Below are positions 31,241-41,770 of a DNA stretch of 64,000 nucleotides, piece after piece. Made by a program: the position numbers and the translations under genes. Under the pieces are notes generated by a model. That model had not been told where the DNA came from. It ran no database searches and saw only the letters and a program-made list of their open reading frames with translations. Every line of letters begins with the position of its first letter. Position 1 is the stretch's first letter. Source of the DNA: Myxococcota bacterium (GTDB lineage Bacteria > Myxococcota_A > SURF-8); the NCBI GenBank assembly GCA_965140415.1, contig OZ223209.1, positions 4,128,001 to 4,192,000 on the forward strand. The letters run 5' to 3'.

Positions 31241-31387
31241 AAGCTTCCTTCGACCTCCTGATCTTGTCCTACTATTCGTTACTATAACCGTTCATACTAC
31301 TGTAAAGCTTTGAAATCAAACGTTTTCACAAACAAAAGTCTCGTTTGGACAAACCTGTCGACCGACGATCCTGGATTCGCATAGAAA

Positions 31388-31555
31388 CTACGCAGCACGG
31401 CATCGCAATCGCCTGATCCGCGGCAGGATTTCCTTGAAGACATCCCTGGAGACGGTCACCTCCGCCATCTGGAAAGTCGTGTAACGACCGCTTCGGACGA
31501 CCTCCGCCCCAATCTTGATCAGCTTCACCAACTGGATCCGTTGGAGCGGTATCGG
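31388..31555 (-). pseudogene. IS1380-family transposase C-terminal fragment
   Basis: KLIKIGAEVVRSGRYTTFQMAEV..R..F.EIL.RI..LR is the typical IS1380 C-terminus. Confidence 0.7.
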
Positions 31556-31599
31556 TGAACGAGGGGGCGCCATCATTGTCCTGATGGCAACCCTTGCGC

Positions 31600-32205
31600 C
31601 GATCTGCACACGTCCGACCGGATCTTCTCGGCCGGAAAGAGCGTGATGGCGACGCTCGTCGGATTCGCCGTCCAGGACGGGCGGCTGGATGTCGCCGATG
31701 TCGTTTCCGACATACTCGACGAGGACTGGTCCAGCGCGCCGGAGGAGAAGAAACGCCTCATCACCGTGGAGCATCTTCTGACCATGACCAGTGGCCTGAA
31801 TATCCTCGGCGGCTATGTGGGCGATGCGGGCACCATCTGGAATTACAACACGGCGGTTTACAAGAAGCTGCGGGACGTGCTGGAAGCTGTCACGCTGCAA
31901 GACCTTAACGACTACGCCGACTACCGCCTCTACAACCGCATCGGGATGCGCGAATCAAACTGGCGGGCCACGACCGTGATGGAGGCCAGCGTGCGCGACA
32001 TGGCGCGATTCGGCTTACTCGTCCTAAGCGATGGCTACTGGGACGGCTTCCCGGTCCTCACCGACCGGGTCTACTTCCGGCGGATGCTCGACAGCTCGCA
32101 GGACCTGAACCCGGCTTACGGCTATCTCTGGTGGCTGAACGGCAAGGACAGCTACCTCATCCCCAGCGAAGAAGATACGCCGGGCGAAGGGCCGATCATG
32201 CCCGA
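31600..32205 (+). pseudogene. serine hydrolase (beta-lactamase family) internal fragment
   Basis: SAGKS (SxxK), ITVEHLLTMTSG, WNYN, DMARFG, YGYLWWLN; both ends missing. Confidence 0.75.
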
Positions 32206-32639
32206 TGGGCGAAGGGAGGACGCGCCGACCGAGGCACGGCCGAACCCCGCCCACCTACCCACCACGCCCACGTTCCGGAGGGAACCCGAGGAGCGGAGAG
32301 GTCAGAACAAACGACAGAAAGATCGGCGGGGAGTCGTGATATCGCTTTGCGATCACCCGCTCGGATACTGGTAGAGCTAAAATGAAACCATAGGGGTCCC
32401 AAACCGGGAGACAGAGTCGGGTCTCAAACAGGTCAGGTTAACGGTGAATCGACATCGGGAGTTCCCGGATAGAGCGTCGCGTCTGCCAGACCGATCATTT
32501 TGACACTGAAGTAACCTTCCGTAATCGCCTGTTAATTCTTGATATTGGCGAGTGTTTTTAGTACAGTAAGCCCTCGATAACGGATAGATAGAGCCCTTTT
32601 CCAACGTCACGCAATACTTAGCGTCAGCGGAGTCTGCAT

Positions 32640-33464
32640 ATGCATCGAAACCTTTCGACATCTCTTGGTTTATTGTTGCTGGTTATCTGTGTCCTGTCGT
32701 CGACTTGGATATACGCCGAAGAGCGTGACGGTCTGGTGGTTTGGCGGCTGGAGGCGAAGACCGGCGTTTCCGAAAATGACATCGATTCCCTGACCGGCAT
32801 CATCAGCGCCGAGGTGGAGAAGCAGTCCGGTAAAAAAGTGATCAGCGAAACTGATATCCAGACCATTTTACGTGGCGAAGAAACCAAGCAGAACTGCGGC
32901 GCGGAGAGCGACAACTGCATCGCCGAGATCGGGGCGGCCTTAGGTGTTCCGGAGGTCGTGGCGGGCGACCTGGGGCGCGTGGGTGGTATTTACGTTCTGA
33001 ATCTTCGCCGCATCAACGTGCGGACGGCGGAGGTCATCAAGCGTATCAGTCGTCAGGTGGAAGGCTCGTTGACGGATCTCGTTAAAATCGTGCCCCAGGC
33101 AGCGGCGGATCTCTTTGGCAATAAAACGGATTCCGGCGTCAGCCAAGGGGAGATGAGCGTCTACGAGAAAGCCGCTTACGGAACTTTTTTCTCGGGTCTG
33201 GGGGTGACGGTCATCGGGATAGTCGGTGCAGTCCAGATGAAAGCCGCCAAGGACGACGGCGACAAGGGGGCCTTCGACGGCTGGAAGGGCGCGACGATCG
33301 CTTGCTGGACCATCGGAGGCGCAGCGATGGTGACGGGCGCAGCGCTATGGATCGTGGATGCGGTGAAAAAGAAAAGCGGCGAGCCGAATGAACCGGATCC
33401 TGTCACATTCGGTATCGCCCCACAGAAGGATGGACTATCCGCCTCCTTGTTGGTGAGGTGGTAG
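32640..33464 (+). CDS. hypothetical secreted/membrane protein heading the giant-lipoprotein operon
   Basis: Signal peptide, C-x6-CIAEIGAALG domain, C-terminal hydrophobic segments ending in RW; 1 nt from the next ATG. Confidence 0.75.
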   Translation: MHRNLSTSLGLLLLVICVLSSTWIYAEERDGLVVWRLEAKTGVSENDIDSLTGIISAEVEKQSGKKVISETDIQTILRGEETKQNCGAESDNCIAEIGAALGVPEVVAGDLGRVGGIYVLNLRRINVRTAEVIKRISRQVEGSLTDLVKIVPQAAADLFGNKTDSGVSQGEMSVYEKAAYGTFFSGLGVTVIGIVGAVQMKAAKDDGDKGAFDGWKGATIACWTIGGAAMVTGAALWIVDAVKKKSGEPNEPDPVTFGIAPQKDGLSASLLVRW

Positions 33465-33465
33465 G

Positions 33466-36400
33466 ATGCCGCTTCGCGCCCTGTTGATTCTTCTGATTGT
33501 CTGCCTTTCTCCCGCCTGCGACTGGTTCCAATGGGAAGAGCCGGGCGGCGTCACGGATGGAGATACGGACCAGGAACTATCCGATCACGAAGTTGCTTGC
33601 ACCTGTTCCGACGTCAATGAATGCTGCGACGGCTGCCAGCCGATCGCCGAAGGTATGGCATGCAACGACGGCGTCGCCTGCACCGATACGGACCGCTGCC
33701 AGTCCGGGGTCTGCTCCGGGGATATCGGCGACGGCTGGTGTCTGATCGACGACGAGTGCGTCGAGGATTCCGCCGACAGCCCGGAGAACTTCTGCCGCTT
33801 CTGCGATGCCGCCTACAGTCAGAACCAATGGCGAAACAAGCCAAACGGCATCGGCTGCGACGATGATGACCTCTGCACCCATTCCGACGTCTGCACGGCG
33901 GGCGAATGCACGGGCGAGGTGATCGTTTGCGAAAGCACCGCCTGTCTGGAACGCGCTTGCAACGGCTCGGATAGTTGCACGGAAACCGCTATCAACGAGG
34001 GCGGCTTCTGCGACGACGGCGATTTCTGCACGGTGGACGGTCAATGCGCAAACGGCGTCTGCATCGAACAGGCGCGGGATTGCTCCGAAGTGGAAGGCCC
34101 CTGCGCCGATTCCCGTTGCGACTCGGACGAAGCCGCCTGTCTGCCCGTACCGATCAACGAAGGTCTGGACTGTGACGACAATGATAATTGCAGCACGGCG
34201 AGCGCTTGTGAAGCCGGTGTGTGCGTGGAAACCGAGCACCTCAACGATTGCCCGGCCACCTGGACCTGCGGCCCATCGCCTTCCGGCTGCGCCACCTGCG
34301 GCGACCTGGCGCCGGGCGAGATCTGCGAAAACCACAAGGCCCGCACGGTTAGCGAGGGCTTCGTACCGATCATGGCCGGAACCTTCTGGATGGGTGAGGG
34401 AGATGAAGAAGACGAGCCGCGCCACGTCGTGAGGCTGACTTATAATTTCGAACTGGCCGAAACGGAAACCACACAAGGCCAATTCGCCTCTCTGATGGGC
34501 TATAACCCCAGCTACTTTAAACATTGTGGCGACAACTGCCCGGTGGAGAGCTTGAGCTGGCATGAAACCCTGGCCTACGCCAATGTCAAATCGCGCATGA
34601 TCGGCTTGCCGGAATGCTTCGATTGCACGGGCGAAGGAGCGGAAATAAATTGCGCGCTGAAAAGCGAGTATCCAAAGCCGCAGGACTGTCCCGGCTATCG
34701 CCTGCCCACCGAGGCGGAATGGGAATGGGCGGCGAGAGCGGGCGTGCATTCGGCGCGAACATATTTGGGAGACGGTGTGTACGGCTGTGATTCACCGGAC
34801 CCAATCTTGGATGCAATCGGCTGGTATTGCGCCAATTGCTCTGTTGAATATGAAGGATGTCTTGATCTATCCGAACAAGAGGGGCCGGAATGTGCGGGAA
34901 CACAACCAGTGAGACAAAAACTGCCTAATGCATGGGGGCTTTACGACATACTGGGCAATGTCTGGGAATTCGTCTGGGATGGTTGGGACGGATCTCCCTA
35001 TCCAAACCCGGAGGAGATGATCATTGATCCCATCGGCGATGGTGTTAGTGAAAGACATTCCGTTCGCGGAAGTGCTTATTGGGCCTCACAATTCAGTTCT
35101 TCGAATAGGTTCACTAATGATACAATTCCTATTGGTGGACGTAGTGTCGGCTTCCGCCTGGCGCGGAGTTTTCCCGATGATGCAGAGGGAGCTGCTGGGA
35201 TGGTGGCGGCGGATGCGCATTACACCTGCGCCATAACGCTTGGTGGTAAAGTAAGATGCTGGGGCGCTGGATATTATGGCAACCTCGCTAATGGTATTCC
35301 ATACGACGAAAATCATCCGCGCGATAACGACGCCTTTGCTCCGGGATCTCCGCTCGATCTGCCGGGAAAAGCGGCCTCCGTTTCTCTCGGTGATCACCAC
35401 GCCTGTTCTTTGCTGATCGATGGCCGAGTGTATTGCTGGGGCTACAACGCCCAGGGCCAATGCGGGGTGGATGACTTGGATGGACAATACCGACCTGTGC
35501 AGGTACAGGGTCTGGCAGACGATATCGTAGATGTTAAAGCATCCTACAGGCACACCTGCGCCTTGGATAGCTCGGGAAATGTGTTTTGCTGGGGATACAA
35601 CAATGCCGGTCAACTGGGTTGGGGAGAATTTAATGGCGATTCACATCCCGTTCCCGACCAAGTCCTTGGGCTCGGTAGCGAAGCCGTGAGTTTGGGCTTG
35701 GGAACATATCATAGTTGCGCCATTTTGCTCGATGGCCGAGCTCAATGCTGGGGGCACAACTGGTACGGAACATTGGGGGACGGAACCACCACCCAGAGAA
35801 TAGAACCGGCCGATGTATTGAATTCAGAGGGGAGTAATTCATTGAGTGGAGTATTGAAGCTTGATAGCGGAGAATCCTATAGTTGTGCCATGGTTTCCAG
35901 TGGCAAGGTCTATTGCTGGGGGAAAGGAAGCGAAGGCAATTTAGGCCAAGCTGATTTAGTCAACGAACAAAAGTTACCAGTGCTGCTCGATAGTATCGAT
36001 CAGATAGTGATCAATATTTCCGTCTCACGAAATTCCACCTGCGCCCGGTCTCAGGATAATCTTTTTTGTTGGGGGAACAGTAATAAAGGCGAACTGGGGG
36101 CGGGCTATGGCGGGACAACTTTATTTTTACCGACAAAAGTTCTGTTGACATCTGAAATCCTTCCCGTGGATGTCACCGTGGGCGACGCCCATAGTTGCGG
36201 TCGATATGGCGATGGTTCGTTGAGCTGCTGGGGAATGAATACATATGGCGAACTCGGCCATGGCGACCAGAATGACATGTATGCCCACGCGCCAATTAAG
36301 CTGGAAGCATTGGATTCACCGGCACAATCCATCTCTGCAAATAACAGTTATGTCTGTGCCGCTTTGCAGGATGGAACCGGACATTGCTGGGGTGGTGGAG

Positions 36401-37413
36401 GTAGCGGACAGCTGGGACAGGGAGAACGAGCGAACAGCGCAAACCCGGTAGCAATTGCCACGCTGGATAACATTGCTTCCATAGCCAGCGGCTTTTACCA
36501 TGCCTGTGTCTTGACCGAGGAGAACACCGTCTATTGTTGGGGTGAAAATCATCGCGGTCAGTTAGGACAGGGTGATACCGAAGACCAGTTGACTCCTCAA
36601 CTCATTCCGGATCTGGAAAATATCACCCAGCTCGATTCCGGCTGGCATCATAGCTGTGCCTTGAATACGAACGGGAGCCTGAAGTGCTGGGGAGTCAACG
36701 GCAATTTACAGCTTGGGAATGCAAGCAGCGCACAGTCGGAAACGCCAACCCAGGTAAGCGGACTGGAATCCGGGGTTCGGCAGGTTTCAGTGAATCGCTA
36801 TCATGGCTGTGCGTTGCTCGAAACCAGTCAAGCCATGTGTTGGGGATACAACAAGCATGGCCAGCTCGGCGACAGTACGAACACACAGCGCTCGACGCCG
36901 GTTTTCGTTCTGGAATCGGAAGGTGAAAGCTTCACCCGACTGACAAGCGTCATCAAAGTGGCGACTGCCGGATTTCATAGCTGCGCACTGTTGTCGGATG
37001 AAACGATGAAATGTTGGGGTTATGGTAGATACGGCCAATTAGGCGATGGAACCAGTGAGAATATGTACACGGCCGTCAGCGTTTTGGCCGATGAAAGCGG
37101 CACTCCCTTGTCCGGCGTGGCCGATATTTTTCTCGGTGGCCATACCACCTCCTGCGCCATCATGAAGGACGGCGGCCAGGTCAAATGTTGGGGAGAACCC
37201 ATCGACAAAACCCTACCCAATCGCTATTACCCCACCGACATCGAAGGTTTAACCGATGTGGAAGAGCTGGCCATCAGCTTCAACAATGCCTGCGCACGGA
37301 AAACGGACGGCAGCGTCTGGTGCTGGGGTAGCATAGACAGCGGTCTGATGGGCGACGGACGCTCGACGGTGGCGCTGGAGCCGGTAGACGTAGTAGGCTT
37401 TGAAGCGCCATGA
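33466..37413 (+). CDS. giant lipoprotein: Cys-rich repeats + FGE-sulfatase domain + RCC1 repeats
   Basis: SPAC lipobox; CDDxxxCT repeats; RLPTEAEWE, NAWGLYD, GFRL; many CWGxNxxGQLG repeats. Confidence 0.9.
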   Translation: MPLRALLILLIVCLSPACDWFQWEEPGGVTDGDTDQELSDHEVACTCSDVNECCDGCQPIAEGMACNDGVACTDTDRCQSGVCSGDIGDGWCLIDDECVEDSADSPENFCRFCDAAYSQNQWRNKPNGIGCDDDDLCTHSDVCTAGECTGEVIVCESTACLERACNGSDSCTETAINEGGFCDDGDFCTVDGQCANGVCIEQARDCSEVEGPCADSRCDSDEAACLPVPINEGLDCDDNDNCSTASACEAGVCVETEHLNDCPATWTCGPSPSGCATCGDLAPGEICENHKARTVSEGFVPIMAGTFWMGEGDEEDEPRHVVRLTYNFELAETETTQGQFASLMGYNPSYFKHCGDNCPVESLSWHETLAYANVKSRMIGLPECFDCTGEGAEINCALKSEYPKPQDCPGYRLPTEAEWEWAARAGVHSARTYLGDGVYGCDSPDPILDAIGWYCANCSVEYEGCLDLSEQEGPECAGTQPVRQKLPNAWGLYDILGNVWEFVWDGWDGSPYPNPEEMIIDPIGDGVSERHSVRGSAYWASQFSSSNRFTNDTIPIGGRSVGFRLARSFPDDAEGAAGMVAADAHYTCAITLGGKVRCWGAGYYGNLANGIPYDENHPRDNDAFAPGSPLDLPGKAASVSLGDHHACSLLIDGRVYCWGYNAQGQCGVDDLDGQYRPVQVQGLADDIVDVKASYRHTCALDSSGNVFCWGYNNAGQLGWGEFNGDSHPVPDQVLGLGSEAVSLGLGTYHSCAILLDGRAQCWGHNWYGTLGDGTTTQRIEPADVLNSEGSNSLSGVLKLDSGESYSCAMVSSGKVYCWGKGSEGNLGQADLVNEQKLPVLLDSIDQIVINISVSRNSTCARSQDNLFCWGNSNKGELGAGYGGTTLFLPTKVLLTSEILPVDVTVGDAHSCGRYGDGSLSCWGMNTYGELGHGDQNDMYAHAPIKLEALDSPAQSISANNSYVCAALQDGTGHCWGGGGSGQLGQGERANSANPVAIATLDNIASIASGFYHACVLTEENTVYCWGENHRGQLGQGDTEDQLTPQLIPDLENITQLDSGWHHSCALNTNGSLKCWGVNGNLQLGNASSAQSETPTQVSGLESGVRQVSVNRYHGCALLETSQAMCWGYNKHGQLGDSTNTQRSTPVFVLESEGESFTRLTSVIKVATAGFHSCALLSDETMKCWGYGRYGQLGDGTSENMYTAVSVLADESGTPLSGVADIFLGGHTTSCAIMKDGGQVKCWGEPIDKTLPNRYYPTDIEGLTDVEELAISFNNACARKTDGSVWCWGSIDSGLMGDGRSTVALEPVDVVGFEAP

Positions 37414-37417
37414 GAAC

Positions 37418-37530
37418 AATGAAGAATGATGAATGCGAAATGCGGAATGCGGAATAAGGAATCGAGAGGTAATGCGACCATGACATTGAAACATCTGCTA
37501 TTCATCATTCATCTTTCAGCATTCATCATT
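37418..37530. repeat. inverted heptamer repeat arrays spanning RBS and start of the next gene
   Basis: aatgaag aatgatg aatgcga aatgcgg aatgcgg (37418-37455) vs attcatc attcatc tttcagc attcatc (37500-37530). Confidence 0.7.
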
Positions 37531-40500
37531 CTCCTCCTCCCCGCTTGCGACTGGTTTGAGTGGGAAGAGCCAGGGGGCATGGTTGATGGCGATATTGATT
37601 CGCCCGCCACCGATGGAGATGTCGAAATAGATTTCATCGTCGATGGGGATGACGAACCAATCTCTGACAGTGACGACGACACCGAAACCATCTGCACCTG
37701 CTTCGATATCAACGATTGCTGTGATGGTTGTTTGCCAATCAATGAATCGGCGTCTTGCAACACCGGTCTGGGTTGCACCGAAGGTACGTGTTCTTCCGGT
37801 GCCTGTGAAGCTGCACCCAAGGCGGGCGCTTGCCTGATCAATGGCGCGTGTTATGTCGAATTTGACACCGAACCTGGAAATGTTTGCCACTACTGCGACC
37901 CCTTCACCAGTCCCACCGGCTGGCGCAACGAGCGCAACGGCACCGACTGCGAGGACGGTAGCATCTGCACCATCAATGAGAAATGTGCGGCAGGAGAATG
38001 TACCGATACCGATCCCCTGCCCAACGACTGCGGCGATTACGAATGTGGATGGAGCAATTCCGGCTGCTACGAATGCGGCATCTGCGACAGTGAGACGCAG
38101 GTCTGCTGGGAAAACGAGGAGCACGGCACCAAGCGCTGCGCGCCGAACAAAGGCGGCGACTGTGGCGACATGAATGGCTTGCAGGAAGGAAGTCCCTGGC
38201 CCATGCGCGGTGGCTGCCCGACCCACCAGGGGCGAAGTCCGTATCAAGGTCCGCAGCACCCGACGATGAAGTGGGCGTTCGAAGTAGGAAGTAGCATCAT
38301 GTCAGCACCGGTGATTGCGGCGGATGGGACGGTATACTTTGGAAATCACAACAATGGTTACTATGCACTCAATGCTGATGGGACAGAGAAATGGAAGTTT
38401 TCAGTAGGCACTCCTTTGTATTCAACTTCTGCGTTATCTAGTGAGAATGTCTTATATTTCTCGTCGTCTCACGGTGTACTTCATGCCATTGATTCTACTG
38501 GCACTGAAAAATGGCAAGTTTCATTTTGTGAGTATCAGACATTTTCCTCTCCAACCATTGACGATGTGGGAAATATTTATATTGGCTCTGGTAATCCAGA
38601 CAAAGATTCATGGAGAGGGCTCACGGCAATAAGCTCTGATGGAAATATTCTTTGGACTTATGAAACAGCAGAAGTGGTTGTATCTAGTCCTTCCATTGGA
38701 AAAAATGGAGTGATCTATTTTGGTAGTGGAAGCTGGGAAGTCAACGCAGGTCACATTTACGCGATAGATTCTAGCGGTTCACTGCTATGGAGTCGTGATA
38801 TTGGAACTGGTGTGCGTTCGACCCCAACAATTGGCAGTGATGGAACTATCTACTTCGGATCGGATAGCGGTATTATCTATGCATTTAATCCTAATGGAGA
38901 TGAAAAATGGCGATTTGGTGATGAAGAACTGTTTAATGCCTCACCAAGTATCGGTCTGGATGGCACATTGTATATCGGCACGGATAACGGGGATGACCAG
39001 AATTTCCTATACGCCATTACACCGGATGGACACGAAAAATGGAAAATCCCGATGCCGGGTGTTATCTGGACCGATGTCCTCATCGACAGAGACGGTACAC
39101 TCTACTTTGGCTGCAACGATGGTAAACTATATTCGTACAGTCCTGACGGCGAGCAACTCTGGGCGTTTTTTACCGGTAAACACATTTATACCTCTCCGGT
39201 GCTTTCGGCTGACGGCACACTTTATTTCGGTGTGACAGGACAGGGAATGGCTGGAAGCACAGCTCCCTACTTCCTCTACGCCCTCGGCCACTGCGATGAA
39301 CAAGCAGGCGAATGTATCAACCACTGCGGCAACATGGCGGGCTTGCAGGCCGGGGCGGTCTGGCCGATGAGGGGCGGTTGCCCGACATATCAGGGAAGAA
39401 GTCGCTTCGCCGGGCCGAATTATCCGACCTTATTGTGGAAGTATGATGCTCCGATGGGGTTGTATGGCACGCCGAGCATCGGGAAGGATCACGACATTTA
39501 CTTCGGAACCGGCGCACCTGGTGCGACCGAAGGTCTGATGATAGCAGTTGATTTCAATGGTGTAGAAAAATGGCGCTATGATGCTCAGGGTGGTATAACA
39601 AGTTCTCCCAGCCTATCTAATGATGATCATATTTACTTTGGTTCTTACGACAACTATCTCTATAAGCTGGATTCAGATGGCAACGAAGTTTGGACCTACG
39701 ACGCCGGAGGCGATGTTTGGAAAACGAATCTGGCACCCGATGGTACAGTATTTTTTGGATCGCGCGGGAATAATCTGGTGGCCTTGAATCCCGATGGAAC
39801 GGAGAAGTGGAAGGAAAGCTTCGATAATCGAGTGGGGACTCCCTCCGTCGCTCCCGATGGAACTCTTGTTGCTCCGATTGGAGATATCAGAACGGTGGGC
39901 TCTTCAATCATTGTTGGCTACGATCAACAAGGACTAAAACTGTGGGAAACCGAAACAAGTATTAATTTGACCTACTCGGGAGTTATGTCGCCCGACAATA
40001 CATTTAACTTTGGCGGAGGATGGACCGGCTCGGATGACGGCTGGTTGTGGGCTATTGACATAAATGGGATTACCCGTTGGACGTATGAATATCAGGAGAA
40101 CCTCGGTCTTAGGCCGTTTTCCATAACTCAAACAGGAAACATTTTAGCAACAAGCCAGGATTCCATTCTTTATGAGTTCGATCAGTTAGGTAACATTGTT
40201 TACCAATCCGAAAGTAATTTCATCAATTTCACGAGCGGTAGTGCGATAGACCGGTATAGAAGCCTGTATATGTATAAAGGTGGCTATCTTTGGCGTCTTG
40301 ATGAAAATCATGAAATGGATTGGTCGTTTAATCTCGGGAATGGCACGAACAACTCCCCCGTCATCGGTCCCTACAACACCGTGTTGGCCGCCACAACCAG
40401 CGGCTCCCTCTACGCCATCGGCGGCTTCGTGAAGATCCCGGCCGGAACCTTCGTCATGGGCAGCCCGGATGGGATCAATTGCCCGCCGGATGTCCCCGAC

Positions 40501-41520
40501 TGCAACATCGCCGATTACCCGGCCGAACCGGGACGAGCCGAAGGCGAAATCGAAATCCAACGCCTCGTCACCTTGACGCATGACTTTGAGATGTCCATCT
40601 ACGAAACCACCCAGCAACAATTCGAAACCTATATGGGTTACAACCCCAGCCGCTTCATCAACTGCGGTCCGACCTGCCCGGTGGAGATGGTGAACTGGTA
40701 TGAATCGGTCGCCTACGCCAATGCGCTGTCAGAATCGGTGGGACTCACGCCCTGTTATGCCATCACGGAGATTGTTTGCAAAGATGATGTGGCAAGCGCT
40801 GATGGCGACGCCGATACCGAGCCTCAAACCTTCGACGACATCCACGCCTGCGCCGAGCGCGGCGGTATTTATGAAGCATCGGTGGAACTGAACGACGTGG
40901 ATTCTTGGTTTGATTGTGAAGGATATCGTCTGCCAAACTACAAGGAATGGGAATATGCTGCTCGCGCCGGAACGCGTACTGCCTTATACAACGGCGACAT
41001 CACATACACTGGTCGGGAGCCACTTGATCCGAATCTGGACGAGATCGGCTGGTATGGCGGAAACTCAAATGTTTCCTATGATGGTGGTGAAAATTGCACA
41101 TCGTGGTTTGAGGGTGCACACCTTTGCGGCTCTCATCCTGTTGCCGAAAAAGAGCCAAATACAATTGGACTCTATGATATGAGTGGCAATGTTTGGGAAC
41201 GAGTTGGAGACAGTACAGGATTTGGTGCCATAATAAAGGGCGGGAGTTGGCAAACCGTTGCCCTCAATGGCCGATCTGCTGCAAGAGGGGGAGCTGCATC
41301 TGGTGACAAATACAGTCACGTCGGCTTCCGCCTGGTCCGCACCCTGAACCCCGACCCGGACGCTGACGGCATCGGTTCCGACGCCGACGATTCCGGGCGC
41401 GTGCACGATCATCCCTGCTCCGGTAGCCAAACGGAAAACTGTGACGATAACTGCCCCTATGCCGCGAACCCCGATCAGGCCGATACGAATGGCAATGGGG
41501 TCGGCGATGCGTGCGAATAG
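37480..41520 (+). CDS. giant lipoprotein: Cys-rich + two PQQ/BamB-like propellers + FGE-sulfatase + TSP3 tail
   Basis: LPAC lipobox; repeated SSPxIGxDGTIYFG..LYA..DGxEKW; RLPNYKEWE, GLYDMSGNVWE, GFRL; DNCP..NPDQADTNGNGVGDAC. Confidence 0.9.
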   Translation: MTLKHLLFIIHLSAFIILLLPACDWFEWEEPGGMVDGDIDSPATDGDVEIDFIVDGDDEPISDSDDDTETICTCFDINDCCDGCLPINESASCNTGLGCTEGTCSSGACEAAPKAGACLINGACYVEFDTEPGNVCHYCDPFTSPTGWRNERNGTDCEDGSICTINEKCAAGECTDTDPLPNDCGDYECGWSNSGCYECGICDSETQVCWENEEHGTKRCAPNKGGDCGDMNGLQEGSPWPMRGGCPTHQGRSPYQGPQHPTMKWAFEVGSSIMSAPVIAADGTVYFGNHNNGYYALNADGTEKWKFSVGTPLYSTSALSSENVLYFSSSHGVLHAIDSTGTEKWQVSFCEYQTFSSPTIDDVGNIYIGSGNPDKDSWRGLTAISSDGNILWTYETAEVVVSSPSIGKNGVIYFGSGSWEVNAGHIYAIDSSGSLLWSRDIGTGVRSTPTIGSDGTIYFGSDSGIIYAFNPNGDEKWRFGDEELFNASPSIGLDGTLYIGTDNGDDQNFLYAITPDGHEKWKIPMPGVIWTDVLIDRDGTLYFGCNDGKLYSYSPDGEQLWAFFTGKHIYTSPVLSADGTLYFGVTGQGMAGSTAPYFLYALGHCDEQAGECINHCGNMAGLQAGAVWPMRGGCPTYQGRSRFAGPNYPTLLWKYDAPMGLYGTPSIGKDHDIYFGTGAPGATEGLMIAVDFNGVEKWRYDAQGGITSSPSLSNDDHIYFGSYDNYLYKLDSDGNEVWTYDAGGDVWKTNLAPDGTVFFGSRGNNLVALNPDGTEKWKESFDNRVGTPSVAPDGTLVAPIGDIRTVGSSIIVGYDQQGLKLWETETSINLTYSGVMSPDNTFNFGGGWTGSDDGWLWAIDINGITRWTYEYQENLGLRPFSITQTGNILATSQDSILYEFDQLGNIVYQSESNFINFTSGSAIDRYRSLYMYKGGYLWRLDENHEMDWSFNLGNGTNNSPVIGPYNTVLAATTSGSLYAIGGFVKIPAGTFVMGSPDGINCPPDVPDCNIADYPAEPGRAEGEIEIQRLVTLTHDFEMSIYETTQQQFETYMGYNPSRFINCGPTCPVEMVNWYESVAYANALSESVGLTPCYAITEIVCKDDVASADGDADTEPQTFDDIHACAERGGIYEASVELNDVDSWFDCEGYRLPNYKEWEYAARAGTRTALYNGDITYTGREPLDPNLDEIGWYGGNSNVSYDGGENCTSWFEGAHLCGSHPVAEKEPNTIGLYDMSGNVWERVGDSTGFGAIIKGGSWQTVALNGRSAARGGAASGDKYSHVGFRLVRTLNPDPDADGIGSDADDSGRVHDHPCSGSQTENCDDNCPYAANPDQADTNGNGVGDACE

Positions 41521-41532
41521 GAACGTCTTACG

Positions 41533-41770
41533 ATGAAGAAGTGCACGAGCAGACGCAATATGGCCAATAGCAGTGGTTGTAGTGATCTTCGTGTTTTTTT
41601 CTCCCCGCCTGCGATTGGTTCGAGTGGGAGGAGCCGGGTGAGATGGCGGATGGTGATGTGGACAGCTCCGCTACGGATGGAGACGTGGAGCAGGAGTCGT
41701 CTTCCGACGGCGACGAGGAAAATAGTTTTTGCAACCCGGCCGAATCGGTGTGTTGCGACCCGGACGGCCG
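41533..41770 (+). pseudogene. third, frameshifted and truncated paralog of the PACDWFxWEEPG lipoproteins
   Basis: cccgcctgcgattggttcgagtgggaggagccgggt = PACDWFEWEEPG then three DGD; signal peptide split across frames. Confidence 0.8.

Noticed and set aside
14607-34749. Long opposite-strand ORFs (e.g. 14607-15443, 15903-16856, 21263-22183, 33577-34749)
   Set aside because: Antisense shadows of well-supported GC-rich genes
33466-41520. Complete diversity-generating retroelement targeting the FGE domains
   Set aside because: No reverse transcriptase, Avd or template repeat seen in the window; the two FGE ends share only about 16 identical nt
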